Shown: positions 14,301-28,012, counted from the stretch's first letter. The stretch: 64,000 nt of DNA from Eledone cirrhosa (GCA_964016885.1 OZ024759.1:14570001-14634000); one strand, 5' to 3'. Notes: generated by a model not told the origin, from the sequence alone. Numbers and translations: made by a program.

Positions 14301-17300
14301 TCTAAGATTAGCTTCCACACTTCAGACATTACATCGTATTAGGAAGTTAGGCGTGAATATTTTGTATCATCAGGAGGTCTAAAATTAGCTTCCACACATC
14401 AGCCATTTCTCCGTATTGTGAAGTTAGACGTGTACATTTTGTATTATTAAGAGATCTAAAATTAGCTTCCACACATCAGCCTTTACCACATATAGTGAAA
14501 TTAGATGTGAAAAATTTATATCATGAGATCTATGACTAGCTTCCTCACATCTGCCATTACCTCGTGATGCGAAGTTAGACGTGAACAATTTATATCATCA
14601 TGATATCTAAGATTACCTTCCACTGATCAGCCATTACTTCGTGATGTGAAGTTAAACCTGAACATTTGAGATCATCATGAGATTTAAGATTAGCTTCCAC
14701 ACTTCAACCATAACTTCGTATTGTGAAGTTAGTCGTGTACATTTTGTAATATTATGAGATCTAAAATTAGCTTCCACACATCAGCCATTACTTCGTATTG
14801 TGAAGTTAGACGTGAACATTTTATATCATCATGAGATCTAAGATTAGCCTCTACACATCATCCATTACTTCGCATTGTGAAGTTAGACGTGAAAATTTTA
14901 TATCATCATGAGATCTAAAATTAGCTTCCACACATCAGCCATTATTTCGTATAGTGAAATTAGGTGTGAAAAAATTTATATCATCATGAGATCTATGACT
15001 AGCTTCCTCACATCAGCCATTACCTCGTGATGTGAAGTTAGACCTGAACATTTGATATCATCATAAGATCTAAGATTAGCTTCCACACTTCAGACATTAC
15101 TTCGTATTTTGAAGTTAGACGAACATTTTATATCATCTTGAGATCTAAGATTAGCTTCCTCACTTCAGACATTACTTCGTATGGTGAAGTTAGACGAACA
15201 TTTTATATCATCATGAGATCTAGGATTAGCTTCCTTACATCAGCCATTACTTCGTATTGTGAAGGTATACGTGAACATTTTATATCTTCATGAGATCTAA
15301 GATTAGTTTTCACACATCAGACATTACTTCGTATAGTGAAATTAGACGTGAAGATTTTAGATCATCATGATATCTAAGATTACCTTCCACTGATCAGCCA
15401 TTACCTCGTGATGTGAAGTTAGACCTGAACATTTTATATCATCATGAGATCTAAGATTAGTTTCCACAGATCAACCATTATATCGTATTGTGAAGTTAGG
15501 CGTGAATATTTTGTATCATAATGAGGTCTAAAATTAGCTTCCACACATCAGCCATTATTTCTTATTTTGAATTTAGACCTGAACATTTTATATCAACATG
15601 AGTTCAAACACTGGCTTACACACATCAGCCATTACTCCGTATTGTGAAGTTAGACGTGAACATTTTATATCATCATGAGATCTAAGATTAGCTTCCACAC
15701 ATCAGCCATTACTTCGTATTGTGAAGCTAGATGTGTACATTTGATATCATCATGAGATCTAAAATTAGCTTCCACACATCAGCCTTTACCTCATATAGTG
15801 AAATTAGATGTGAAAAAATTTATATCATCATGAGATCTATGACTAGCTTCCTCACATCAGCCATTACTTCGTATTGTGAAGTTACACGTGAACATTTTGT
15901 ATCATCATGAGATCTAAGATTAGCCTCCACACATCAGCCATTACTTCGTATTGTGAAGTTAGACATGAACATTTTATATCAACATGAGATCTAAGAGTAG
16001 CTTTCACACATCAGAATTTTCTTCGTATAGTGAAATTAGACGTGAAGATTTTAGATCATCATGATATCTAAGATTACCTTCCACTGATCAGCCATTACCT
16101 CGTGATGTGAAGTTAGACCTGAACATTTTATATCATCATGATATCTAAGATTACCTTCCACTGATCAGCCATTACTTCGTGATGTGAAGTTAAACCTGAA
16201 CATTTGAGATCATCATGAGATTTAAGATTAGCTTCCACACTTCAACCATAACTTCGTATTGTGAAGTTAGTCGTGTACATTTTGTAATATTATGAGATCT
16301 AAAATTAGCTTCCACACATCAGCCATAACTCCGTATTTTGAAGTTAGACGTGAACATTTTATATCATCTTGAGATCAAAGATTAACTTTCAAAAATAAGC
16401 CATTACATCGGATTGTGAAGTTAGACGTGAACATTTTATATCAACATGAGATCTAAGATTAGCTTACTCACATCAGCCATTACACCGTATTGTGAAGTTA
16501 GACGTGAACATTTTATATCATCATGAGATCTAAGATTAGCTTACTCACATCAGCCATTACACCGTATTGTGAAATTAGACGTGAACATTTTATATCATCA
16601 TCAGATCTAAGATTAGCTTCCACACTTCAGACATTACTTCGTATTGTGAAATTAGACGTTAAGATTTTAGATCATCATGATATCTAAGATTACCTTCCAC
16701 TGATCAGCCATACCTCGTGATGTGAAGTTAGACCTGAACATTTTATATCATCATGAGATCTAAGATTAGCTTCCAAATATCAAACATTATATCGTATTGT
16801 GAAGTTACGCGTGAATATTTTGTATCATAGTGAGGTCTAAAATTAGCTTCCACACATCAGCCATTATTTCTTATTTTGAAGTTAGACCTGAACATTTTAT
16901 ATCAACATGAGTTCAAACACTGGCTTACACACATCAGCCATTACTCCGTATTGTGAAGTTAGACGTGAACATTTTATATCATCATGAGATCTATGATTAG
17001 CTTCCACACATCAGCCATTACTTCGTATTGTGAAGTTAGACGTGTGCATTTTGTATTATTATGAGATCTAAAATTAGCTTCCACACATCAGCCTTTACCT
17101 CATATAGTGAAATTAGATGTGAAAAAATTTATATCATCATGAGATCTATGACTAGCTTTCTCACATTAGCCATTACCTTGTGATGTGAAGTTAGACGTGA
17201 ACATTTTATATCATCATGAGATCTAAGATTACCTTCCACACATCAGCCATTACATCGTATTGTGAAGTTAGACGTGAACATTTTGTATCATCATGAGATT

Positions 17301-20300
17301 TAAGATTAGATTCCACACATCAGCCATTACTTCGTATTGTGAAGTTAGACGTGAAAATTAGATATCATCATGAGTTGTAAAATTAGCTTCCACACATCAG
17401 CTATTACATCGTATTGTGTAGTTAGACTTGAACATTTTATATCATCATGAGATCTAAGATTACTTTTCACACATCAGCCATAACTCCGTATTTTGAAGTT
17501 AGACGTGAATATTTTATATCATCATGAGATCTAATATTAGCTTCCACACATCAGCTATTACATTGTATTGTGAAGATAGACCTGAATATTTTATATCATT
17601 TTGAGATCAAAGATTAACTTTAAAAAATAAGCCATTATTTCGTATTGTGAAGTTAGACTTGAACCTTATATATCATCATGAGATCTAAGATTAGCTTCCA
17701 CACATCAGCTATTACATCGTATTGTGAAGATAGACCTGAATATTTTATATCATTTTGAAATCAAAGATTAACTTTCAAAAATAAGCCATTATTTCGTATT
17801 GTGAAGTTAGACGTGAACCTTATATATCATCATGAGATCTAAGATTAGCTTCCACACATCAGCCATTACTTCGTATTGTGAAGTTAGACGTGAACATTTT
17901 ATATCACCATGGGATCTAAGATTAGCTTCCTTACATCAGCCATTACTTCGTATTGTGAAGTTAGACGTGAACATTTTATATCACCATGAGATCTAAGATT
18001 AGCTTCCACACATCTGACTTTACTTCGTATAGTGAAATTAGACGTGAAGCTTTTATATCATCATTAAGATTACCTTCCATTTATCAGCTATTACTTCGTG
18101 ATGTGAAGTTAGACGTGAACATTTATATCATCATGACATCTGAGATTAGCTTCCACACTTCAGACATTACATCGTATTGTGAAGTTAGACGAACATTTTA
18201 TATCCTCATGAGATCTAAGATTAGCTTCCTTACATCAGCCATTACTTCGTATTGTGAAGTTAGACATGAATATTTTATGTCTTCATGAGATCGAAGATTA
18301 GTTTCTACACATCAAACTTTACTTCGTAAAGTGAAATTAGACGTGAACATTTTATATCATCATGATATCTAAGATTAACTTCCTTACATCAGCCATTACC
18401 TCGTATTGTGAAGGTATACGTGAACATTTTATATCTTCATGAGATCTAAGATTAGTTTTCATACATCAGACTTTACTTCGTATTGTGAAATTAGACGTGA
18501 AGAATTTAGATCATCATGATATCTAAGATTACCTTCCACTGATCAGCCATTACCTCGTGATGTGAAGTTAGACCTGAACATTTATATCATCATGAGATCT
18601 AAGATTAGCTTCCACAGATAAAACATTATATCGTATTGTGAAGTTAGGCGTGAATATTTTGTATCATCATGATATCTAAAATTAGCTTCCACACATCAGC
18701 CATTATTTCTTATTTTGAAGTTAGACCTGAACATTTTATATCATCATGAGTTCTAACACTGGCTTACACACATCAGCCATTACTTCGTATTGTGAAGTTA
18801 GACATGAAAATTTTATATCAACATGAGATCTAACACTGGCTTACACACATCAGCTATTACACCGTATTGTGAATTTAGACGTGAAACTTATATATCATCA
18901 TGAGATCTAAGATTAGCTTTCACACATGAGGAATTACTTCGTACTGTTAAGTTAGACGTGAACATTTTATATCATCATGAGATCTAAGATTATCTTCCAG
19001 ACAACAGCCATTACCTCGTGATGTGAAGTTAGACGTGTACATTTTATATCATCATGAGATCAAGATTAGCTTCCACACATCGTATTGTGAAGTTAGACGT
19101 GAATATTTTATATCATCATGAGATCTAACAGTGGCTTACATACATCAGCAATTACTCCGTATTGCGAAGTTATACGTGAACATTATATATCAACATGAGA
19201 TCTAAGATTAGCTTCCACACATCAGCCATTGCATCGTATTGTGAAGTTAGACGTGAACATTTTCTATCATCATGATATCTAAAATTAGCTTCCACACATC
19301 AGCCATTACTTCGTATTGTTAAGTTAGATGTGAATCTAATCTTAGATTTCATGATGATATAAAATTTTCAAGTCTAACTTCTCAATACGAAGTAATGGTT
19401 GATGTGTGGAAGCTAATCTTAGATCTGATAACATCTAAGATTAGCTTCCAAAAATCAGCCATTACTTCGTGATGTGAAGTGTGACGTGAACATTTTATAT
19501 CATTATGAGATCTCAGATTAGCTTCCACACATCAGCTATTACTTCGTGATGTGAAGTTTGCCGTGAACATTTTATATCAACATGAGACCTAAGATTAGAT
19601 TTCACACATCAGCCATTACATCGTATTGGGAATTTAGACGTAAACATTTTGTATCATCATGATATCTAAAATTAGCCTCCACACATCAGCCATTAGTTCG
19701 TATTGTTAACTTAGACGTGAACATTTCATATCATCATTAGATCTAAGATTAGCTTCGCTACATCAGCCAATACACCGTATTGTGAAGTAAGACGTGAACG
19801 TTTTATATCATCATGAGATCTAACAGTGTCTTACACACATCAGCCATTAATTCGTATTGTGAAGTTAGCCGTGAACACTTTGAATCATCATGAGATCTTA
19901 AATTAGCTTCCACACATCAGACATTACATCGTATTGTGAAGTTAGACGTGAACATTTTGTATCATCATGAGATCTTAAATTAGCTTCCCAATATCACCCA
20001 CTTCTTCTCATTAGGAAGTTAGACCCGAACATTTTGCATCATCATGAGATCTAAGATTAGCTTCCCCACATCATCCACTACTCTCTATTGTGAAGTTTGA
20101 CGTGAACATTTTGAATCATCATGAGATCTTAACTTAGCTTCCACACACCAGCCATTACATCGTATTGTGAAGTTAGACGTGAACATTTTTTATCATCATG
20201 ATATCTAAAATTAGCTTCCACACATGACCCATTACTTCGTATTGTTATGTTAGATGTGAATATAATCTTAGATTTCATGATGATATAAAATTTTCACGTC

Positions 20301-20830
20301 TAACTTCACAATACGAAATAATGGCTGATGTGTGGAAGATAATCTTAGATATCATGAGATCTAAGATTAGCTTCCACACATCAGCCATTACATCGTATTG
20401 TGAAGTTAGACGTTAACATTTTGTATCATAATGAGATGTAAAATTAGCTTCCACACATCAGTCATTACTTCGTATTGTTAAGTTAAACGTGAACATTTTA
20501 TCTCATCATGAGATCTAATGTTAACTTCCGCACATCAGCCATTACATCGTATTGTGAAGTTAGACGTGAACATTTTGTATTATCATGAGAACAATCTTTA
20601 GCTTCCCAATATCACCCACTTCTTCTTATTAGGAAGTTAGATAGGAACATTTTGTATCATCATGAGATCTAAGATTAGCTTCCCCACATCATCCACTACT
20701 CTATATTGGGAAGTTAGACGTGAATATGTTGTATTATCATCAGAACAAGCATTAGCTTCCCACATTCGGCCGGTTATTCGCGCTGCAAAGGTGCCCAACA
20801 CACCCTGCAGGTTGTTCGTACTACGAAGTT
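5372..20830. repeat. Tandem satellite array, 77-bp monomer, about 200 copies
   Basis: Consensus CATGAGATCTAAGATTAGCTTCCACACATCAGCCATTACTTCGTATTGTGAAGTTAGACGTGAACATTTTATATCAT; atgagatct at 5449 and 5526 gives period 77; degenerates toward the right edge. Confidence 0.98.
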
Positions 20831-20970
20831 AGACGTTGATAATTTAGATTGTTACAACACATTTTAAAATGAAATTTTGTGGCAAACAATTACGTTTTCA
20901 TTGACTGAGAGTCTAAAATGTTATTTAAATCTCAATACACTTGCACGAATATGTAGCGCTTAATTAGCCA

Positions 20971-21065
20971 CGTCATTTGAGCGTCGAATTGGCAGCGTCA
21001 TTTGAGCGCCGAATTATCAATGTCATTTGAGCGCCGAATATGCAGCGTCATTTAAGCGCCGAACA
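20971..21065 (+). repeat. 25-bp tandem repeat (4 copies) made from a SINE 5' end
   Basis: YgtcatttRagcgYcgaa starts at 20971, 20996, 21021 and 21046; the last unit runs into a diverged SINE body. Confidence 0.8.
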
Positions 21066-21730
21066 AATTGTCTTGCAGTATTTCCTATGGATCTTTACTC
21101 TCTGAGTTCAACAAATCCTGCTGACGTGAGCTTTGCCTTTCAACTTTACAGGATTAATAACAGAAAGTACCAGTAACGTACGGCCTCGATTGAATTGACT
21201 TTCCTCTCTTCCTTCAGATTTCTGGCCTTGTGCCGCTGATATTAACTTTGCATTTCATCATTATCGGGTCGATAAAATAAATTACCAGTAATGTACTGGT
21301 AGCCTTGTGCCAGAACTAAAAATATTGGCAGTACCGGTAGCGAATCGGACACCATGCTTTGCAGCATATAGTTATAGCCCTTTGCGGTCTGAGTTCAAAT
21401 CCCGTCCAGGTTAACTTTGCCTTTCATCCTTACGGGGTCGATAAAATAATGTACCAGTCACGCGCTGGGTTCGATTTAATCGACTTTCCCCTTATCCCAA
21501 ATTACTGGCCTTGTGCCTATACTAGAAATCCTTATTTGGCAGTATCGGTAGAGGGTCGGACTCCATGCTTTGCAGCATAGAGTTACGGCCCTTTATGATC
21601 TGAGTTCAAATCCCGCCGAGGTTAACTTTGGCTTTCATCCTTACGGGGTCGATAAAATAAAGTACCAGTAATACACTGGTATAATTGCTGGCCTTGTGCC
21701 AATAGTAGAAACAATTATTATTATTATTGT
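21040..21730 (+). mobile_element. Head-to-tail cluster of about 4 tRNA-SINE copies or fragments
   Basis: gagttcaa at ~21104, 21391 and 21602; repeated ttcatccttacggggtcgataaaata and ggccttgtgcc blocks. Confidence 0.9.
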
Positions 21731-21872
21731 TGACGTTGTTGTTGTTGTTGTTGTAGCCAGCTTGCTGCGAGTTGAGGCATGCAAAATTATTGAATTCGAA
21801 TCACCATAAAGTTACACTTGGATCAATGAAGAACAGTTATTGAATAGCTATGTGTTAGGACTAGATAATGTA

Positions 21873-22096
21873 GATGATGGTGATGCTGATGATGATGATG
21901 ACGACGTTGATGATGATAGTGGCAACTAACCTAGTGCTAGACAACAACAACAACAACAACAGCAGCAGCAGCAGCAGCAACAACAACAACAACAACAACA
22001 GCAACAACAACAGCAACAACAACAACTACTACTACTACTACAACAATTACTACTACTACTACTACTACTACTACTACAAACATCAAGAACAGCAGC

Positions 22097-22130
<34 letters not shown>

Positions 22131-22136
22131 ACAACA

Positions 22137-22186
<50 letters not shown>

Positions 22187-22200
22187 AACAACAACAACAA
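21873..22200. repeat. Compound trinucleotide microsatellite (GAT/CAA/CAG/CTA)n
   Basis: Directly visible; explains the poly-N/Y/Q/L ORFs. Confidence 0.95.
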
Positions 22201-22443
22201 ACTTCAAGAACAGCAAGAATAAGAGCAAGTATAACGACAACAATCATCTCGCCCCTACGTTTCACTGGCCATGAATAGATCTCTTACATTACATGCTTAT
22301 CTCCCCCTCTACGTTGCCCTCATCCTACTACCTCCTTCTCTTCGTCCACTTTCTCTTCTTCTCTCCTCCACATCTCCTCTCATCTCCTTCTCCTCCTCTC
22401 CTCCTCCGCCACTACCATTCTGACGTTGTTGTTTAATCATACA

Positions 22444-22686
22444 AAACTTTGATCAGACAAACCCATGATCAGACAAACTCATGATCAGACAAACCCATGA
22501 TCAGACAAACCTTTGATCAGACAAACCCATGATCAAACAAACCAGTGATCAGACAAACCTTTAATTAGACAAACCCATTATCAGACAAACCTTTGATCAG
22601 ACAAACCTTTGATCAGGCAAACATTTGATTAGACAAACCTTTGATCAGACAAACCTATGATCAGACAAACTCATGATCAGACAAAA
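22444..22686. repeat. 16-bp minisatellite (GATCAGACAAACCYWT), about 15 copies
   Basis: Directly visible tandem units. Confidence 0.95.
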
Positions 22687-22729
22687 TTTCTCAAACGTGA
22701 GCAATCCATCATTTTAAAAAGGAATCTTC

Positions 22730-23060
22730 TTTCTCCCTTTGCTCCTTTTGGAGCATTGACCAACGAGAAACCCCCAATTTCCATGGTTACAAGCTCTGTC
22801 CCGAGCCTGCTCCCAGGTCAAGCCCATATCTACCATTTCTTCCTCTACAGATCTCAAAAAGAACTTGAAAAGTCTGACTTGATCACTATGTCCTCAACCT
22901 GGCTGCTATTTGAGGGAGGCTCTAACCAGTAACCAAGTCCTCAATAGGCCCAAGTCCTTCGCACCATTACCGAGGATACTCAGCAACTTGACATAAATCG
23001 CTTGATATCTCGCCACCCTTTCTCTCGTTACATGGCAAAGTTGCGAGATTCAGATTTCGA
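22730..23060 (-). mobile_element. Decayed 3' end of an RTE-like LINE ORF
   Basis: Minus strand reads RSVEEEMVDMGLTWEQARDRACNHGNW, similar to RTE-clade C-termini. Confidence 0.6.
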
Positions 23061-23100
23061 CATTCTTCACACAATACCTACACACACACTCACTGATTCA

Positions 23101-23192
<92 letters not shown>

Positions 23193-23204
23193 CACACATA
23201 TCCT

Positions 23205-23470
23205 CTCTCTCATGCCCAACACAGAGGCACACATATCTTCTCTCAACCCCCACACAAAGGCACACATATCGTCTCTCTCAGTCATTCCACGCCCCACACA
23301 GAGGCACACATAACGTCTCTCTCAGTCACCTCCCACACAGAGGCATAAATATCGTCTCTTTCACCCCCCCCACAAAGAGGCACACATAACGTCTCTCTCA
23401 CTCCCCACACAGAGGCACACATATCGTCTCTCTCACTCCCCACACAGAGGCACACATATCGTCTTTCTAA
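23205..23470. repeat. About 38-bp CA-derived minisatellite (cacacagaggcacacatatcgtctctctca...) after a (CA)n tract
   Basis: Directly visible diverged tandem units. Confidence 0.85.
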
Positions 23471-24205
23471 GTCACCTACACACACGCACAAATACAAACG
23501 CACACACAGATGCACATATATCCCCCCACCCCTCACTCACCCACACACTCGCAATGATACACACACATATAGTGGCACACACACATATATCGTCTCTCTC
23601 ACACACATACACACACACACATATATATATATATATTCACACACACAGATGCACATATACGCCCTCTGTCTCTCTCACACATACATACACACACACACAG
23701 ACACACTGACCTCCCCACACACACATATGCACCTATATCCTCTCTCTCTCGCCCTCTCTCGGTCACCCGCACACTTGCAATGACACACACATATAGTGGC
23801 ACAAACACATATATATACACACACTGATACACACACACACACCTATCCTCTCTCTCACACACATATATACACATACGCACAGATACACACACATACTGAC
23901 ACACACACACTGATACACACCCACACACACACTGATATACACACACACATATATACACATACACATTTACACACACAGACACACACAGACACAGACACAC
24001 ACACACACAGGGACTTATATCCTCTTTCTAAAATTCAGCGACTTAAATATTTCTTTCGTGTTTCTTTAGTCTCCTGATTGATTTCTGTCTATAAACAAGA
24101 TCGAAAGTCGATAACCGTTCAAGTGTGATCATTATAAGACAATGCTTTGAGGTGCATTTCTTTAAGAACAGGAAGTTTTGGGTTGTTGCTAGGATATATT
24201 TCATA

Positions 24206-24239
<34 letters not shown>

Positions 24240-24254
24240 CATACATATATACAT

Positions 24255-24865
24255 ATATTGTGGCTGCCAACTCGTTTTCGAGTACGGCCACTACTTTATA
24301 TCCATGTAGGAGAACCCCTACCGATGCGCTGAACGAGTGTGACTTTTAGTCCAGCCAGCGACTTGAAAACACTGGTACAAGCATTACACTTGTGACAATT
24401 ATTGACACATAGTGCTGGGCCCATGGTTCCATGTGACGACAAGTGCAGAGAAATCTCCAGATATAAAGCAATGCCTGTGCCGTGAAGCTTTTATAGTGAG
24501 CAAAGGCACTGCACAAAGCCAGTCCCACTCTCTTAACCAAGATGATATTTACCAAAAAGAAGAACAAGTCAACATCATTGGCTACCATCAGGGTTGCAGG
24601 TATTATATCAAAGTTTTCCTTCTCCTAGAATTCTGCCTTGACAACGGCTAAGGGGTCATCTCTCCCGGTGATTTTGGATGGCCATTGACTCTTAAGAGCT
24701 CCCTTGCTCTTTGACAGGTTTTGTTTTTAGTCCTGCAGGATGTCCAAAGTCACCCTCCTCACCAAGAAACCTTCGTGGGGTTGCCAGTTTAGTCACCAAC
24801 GATCCGACCATGAGACAGGTTGTACTGGGATACATGTTACCAGTAGCACCAACTGGTGACCTGAC
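24255..24865 (-). mobile_element. Copy of the RTE-UTR-like non-autonomous element
   Basis: Reverse complement carries the same blocks as 1331-1955, including the ggcagccac(a) tail before (TATG)n. Confidence 0.7.
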
Positions 24866-25231
24866 ATAATACATATATACATACATACGTAGATATATAC
24901 ATAAATACATACATTATATAGATACATATATAGATACATAAATACATACATATACACACACACATACACACGTACATACATACGTACACACTTCACACGT
25001 ACATACATACGTACATACACACACACACATACACACAAACATAGATACACACACACACACATACACACGTACATACATACATACATACGTACATGCCTTT
25101 ATACATACATACACGCACATACATACATATACATACATACACATATATCGTATGGTTGCTAGGATGCGTCCATAGGCGGTATGCCGGTTGAGCACTCTGT
25201 GCTCCTTCAGAGATGTACACACACACACACA

Positions 25232-25333
<102 letters not shown>

Positions 25334-25524
25334 GAGAGAATTAGTATATCTACCAACATATGCGTACAGATGTACACTAATGCTAGAAAATACATAAGTT
25401 ATGTCATAGTACCTAGGTGGTTCAATGCAGGAGGATGCAGAACAATTATATGAAAGACGTAAAATAAGAAAATTTAAAAAAATTAAAAAATTAACTTACT
25501 TTTTAAAAAATTTCTTATTTTACG

Positions 25525-25596
<72 letters not shown>

Positions 25597-25599
<3 letters not shown>

Positions 25600-25724
25600 C
25601 CGTCGAAACGGCTTGAGCTCAGCCGCCGGGGTCCAACTCGTTCCTATTACCCACTCTACTATCCTAAGTATTGAGTACTTTGGTGCGTTATGGTCCACCT
25701 GGTTTCTTACCACATTACCTTCGT

Positions 25725-25725
<1 letters not shown>
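25597..25725 (+). mobile_element. GCCGTC-GAAAC pLTR-type element in (TA)n
   Basis: tagccgtcgaaacggcttgagctcagccgccggggtc...gtattgagtac...cacattaccttcgt, flanked on both sides by (TA)n. Confidence 0.7.
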
Positions 25726-25755
<30 letters not shown>

Positions 25756-25856
25756 AACAAGGGGAAGAAGAATACTGCATGGTTGCACATGGATTACATA
25801 TTATAAAATTAGTCCCTCATCAGTGATTTTGCCAACCATCATTGGTATTTCATCGC

Positions 25857-25896
<40 letters not shown>

Positions 25897-25929
25897 TATG
25901 AAGTAATTCCGTCGGAAAAGTCCAGGAAA

Positions 25930-26137
25930 AAAGAGTGCTCTATGTAGGTAACAGAGCTTAATAGTTATGTAATAAACAACATAAGGCACTTATTCCATTT
26001 ACCAGTGGTTTCTTAAAAGCAAAATCCAAATTCAATAAACAGACCAGGATTTTTTCATTCTGAGGATTGAAAGCAAAATCTTTTGCTTTTAAGAAACCAC
26101 TGGTAAATGGAATAATTGCCTTATGTTGTTTGTTACA

Positions 26138-26144
<7 letters not shown>
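25930..26144. mobile_element. Inverted pLTR pair of a Penelope-like element
   Basis: Arms 25961-26024 and 26081-26144 are near-perfect reverse complements; contains a hammerhead core; followed by (TA)n. Confidence 0.7.
26054..26111 (+). ncRNA. Type I hammerhead ribozyme motif (canonical core)
   Basis: Stem I TTCATT/AATGGA; CTGAGGA 26060-66; stem II TTGAAAGCAAAA/TTTTGCTTTTAA; GAAA 26093-96; stem III ACC/GGT; cleavage triplet GTA 26103-05. Confidence 0.85.
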
Positions 26145-26191
<47 letters not shown>

Positions 26192-26427
26192 AGGTCGCTC
26201 TCGAGTGGTACTGGTAACGTAGCAGTTTTTATTTTCCGGTTCCACCAGTATTCCTTAGTGCCATCTATCACTGTGTATGTATGTAAGATTGTATGTATAT
26301 ACATACGTATTTTTTATGCATGTATGAATGTATGTATGTATGTATGAACGTACGTATGTATGTATGTATATACCCACACATATGTATATATAATAATTAT
26401 GGTTTTTTTATTTAGGCAGAAAGCCAA

Positions 26428-26515
26428 CAATTCTCCATCCTGTCCGCCTTCTTCATCCTGTCCGCCGGGGATGTGGGGAGAACAGCACGCGCGACCCCAT
26501 TTGCTCACCATACGG
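26428..26515 (+). mobile_element. Short 3'-terminal fragment of a CRE-like element (internally duplicated); another copy at 31865-31976
   Basis: ttctccatYctgtccgccggggatgtggg matches the reverse complement of 660-693. Confidence 0.7.
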
Positions 26516-26580
26516 ATTAATAGGCAAAGTTATAAACTATTGTAAATAAATCTTGAACCTTTGAACTGAGAAAACTTAGA

Positions 26581-27545
26581 ATAATGATAATGATTTCTAG
26601 TATAGGCACAAGGCCAGTAATTTGGGGGAGGAGAAAGTCGATTAAATTGACCCCAGTTCATTACTGGTACTTCATTGCTTTATTTTATCGACCCCGTAAG
26701 GATGAAAGGCAAAGCTAACCTCGGCAGGATTTGAACTTAGACCATAAAGAACCTGAGTTCAAATCCCGCCGAGGTTAGCTTTGCCTTTCATCCTTAAGGG
26801 GTCGATAAAATAAAGAGGCAAGAACGCACTGGGGTCGATTTATTTGACTTGTCCTTCCCCCAAAATTGTTGGCCTTGTGCCGAAATCAGAAACCGTTATT
26901 AAACTTAAGAAAAGGGTGGTGGGTGGATTGATAGTGTCGGTAGAGAGTCGGAAAAGAGGCTTTGTGGCATATAAATACGACCCATGACGTTCTGAGTTCA
27001 AATCCCGTTGAGGTTAACTTTGCCTTTCATCCTTATGGGGTCGATAAAATAAAGTGTAGGCAACGCACTTGGGTCGATTTGATCAACTTTCTCCTCCCCC
27101 CAAATTGCTGGCCTTGTGCCAAAACTAGAAACAATTATATTAGCAGATATATGTAAACATTGTGAATATATATGGAAATAATTGTTTCTACTTTGAGCAC
27201 AAGGCCAGCAATTATCCCAGAGCATTACTGGTACTTTATTTTATCGACACCGTAAGGATGAAAGGCAAAGTTAATCTTGGTGGGATTTGAACTCAGACCG
27301 TAAAGAACCATAACTCTATGCTGCAGAGCATGGCGTCCGACCCTTTGAAAATAATACTGAAAATAATTGTTTCTACTTTTGGCACAAGGCCAGCAATTAT
27401 CCCGGTGCATTGCTGGTGCTTTATTTTATTGATCCCGTTAGGATGAAAGACAAAATTAGTCTCGGTGGGATTTGAACTCAGACCGTAAAGGGTCATAACT
27501 CTATGCTGGAAATCATGGCGTCCGACCCTCTACCGATACTGAAAA
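26581..27545. mobile_element. Cluster of five tRNA-SINE copies in mixed orientation (-,+,+,-,-)
   Basis: B-boxes gatttgaac (minus) at ~26728, 27285 and 27469; gagttcaaatccc (plus) at ~26755 and 26994. Confidence 0.9.
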
Positions 27546-27648
27546 TAATACACAACTAAATGGTAATATTTGTTACGTTTTGAACGACATAGTTCTCAAC
27601 TTTGGATTGATTTAAAAGCAGCAGATATACCCTTTATTTCCCTCTTAG

Positions 27649-27782
27649 AAATATTATTTTCTTGTCAATGGATGCAGTCATGTAAAGACCCAACTGGGGA
27701 TATCTACTGGATTGGTTTATAGACCACTTTACAAAGCTTCTCTCCTGTTAATTACATCTGTGTATTATGTATATCATTTACT
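27649..27782 (+). other. Possible internal exon of an unidentified transcript
   Basis: Good acceptor cctttatttccctcttag| and consensus donor |gtaagt; one frame open (KYYFLVNGCSHVKTQLGISTGLVYRPLYKASLLLITSVYYVYHL). No domain recognised. Confidence 0.3.
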
Positions 27783-27968
27783 GTAAGTGGTAAACAATGT
27801 ATGTCATATGCTTGAGGCTGAGATAGTCATTAAGGACAAAACATCAGATCAATATTTATGTACATTCGAACTCTAGTATTGATTTATAATATGATGTGTA
27901 TTACATATTGATCATAACAGCGCAGTGGTCATATATATATATATATATATTGTAATATATATATATTG

Positions 27969-28012
<44 letters not shown>

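Noticed and set aside
9678-18288. ORFs within the satellite
   Set aside because: 77 is not a multiple of 3; these are chance openings.
5372-20830. CRISPR array, tRNA array or hammerhead satellite
   Set aside because: No unique spacers or cas genes; no cloverleaf or consistent A/B boxes (GTTCAAAC occurs only in a minor variant); the minus strand has CTGATGTG and CGAAGT rather than CTGANGA and GAAA.
21391-21403. tRNA genes at GTTCAAATCCC motifs
   Set aside because: All are B-boxes inside SINE copies; no complete cloverleaf.
27631-27744. Minus-strand exon with a hemopexin-like DKKIIFLRG stretch
   Set aside because: In-frame stop before the donor and a poor acceptor tract.
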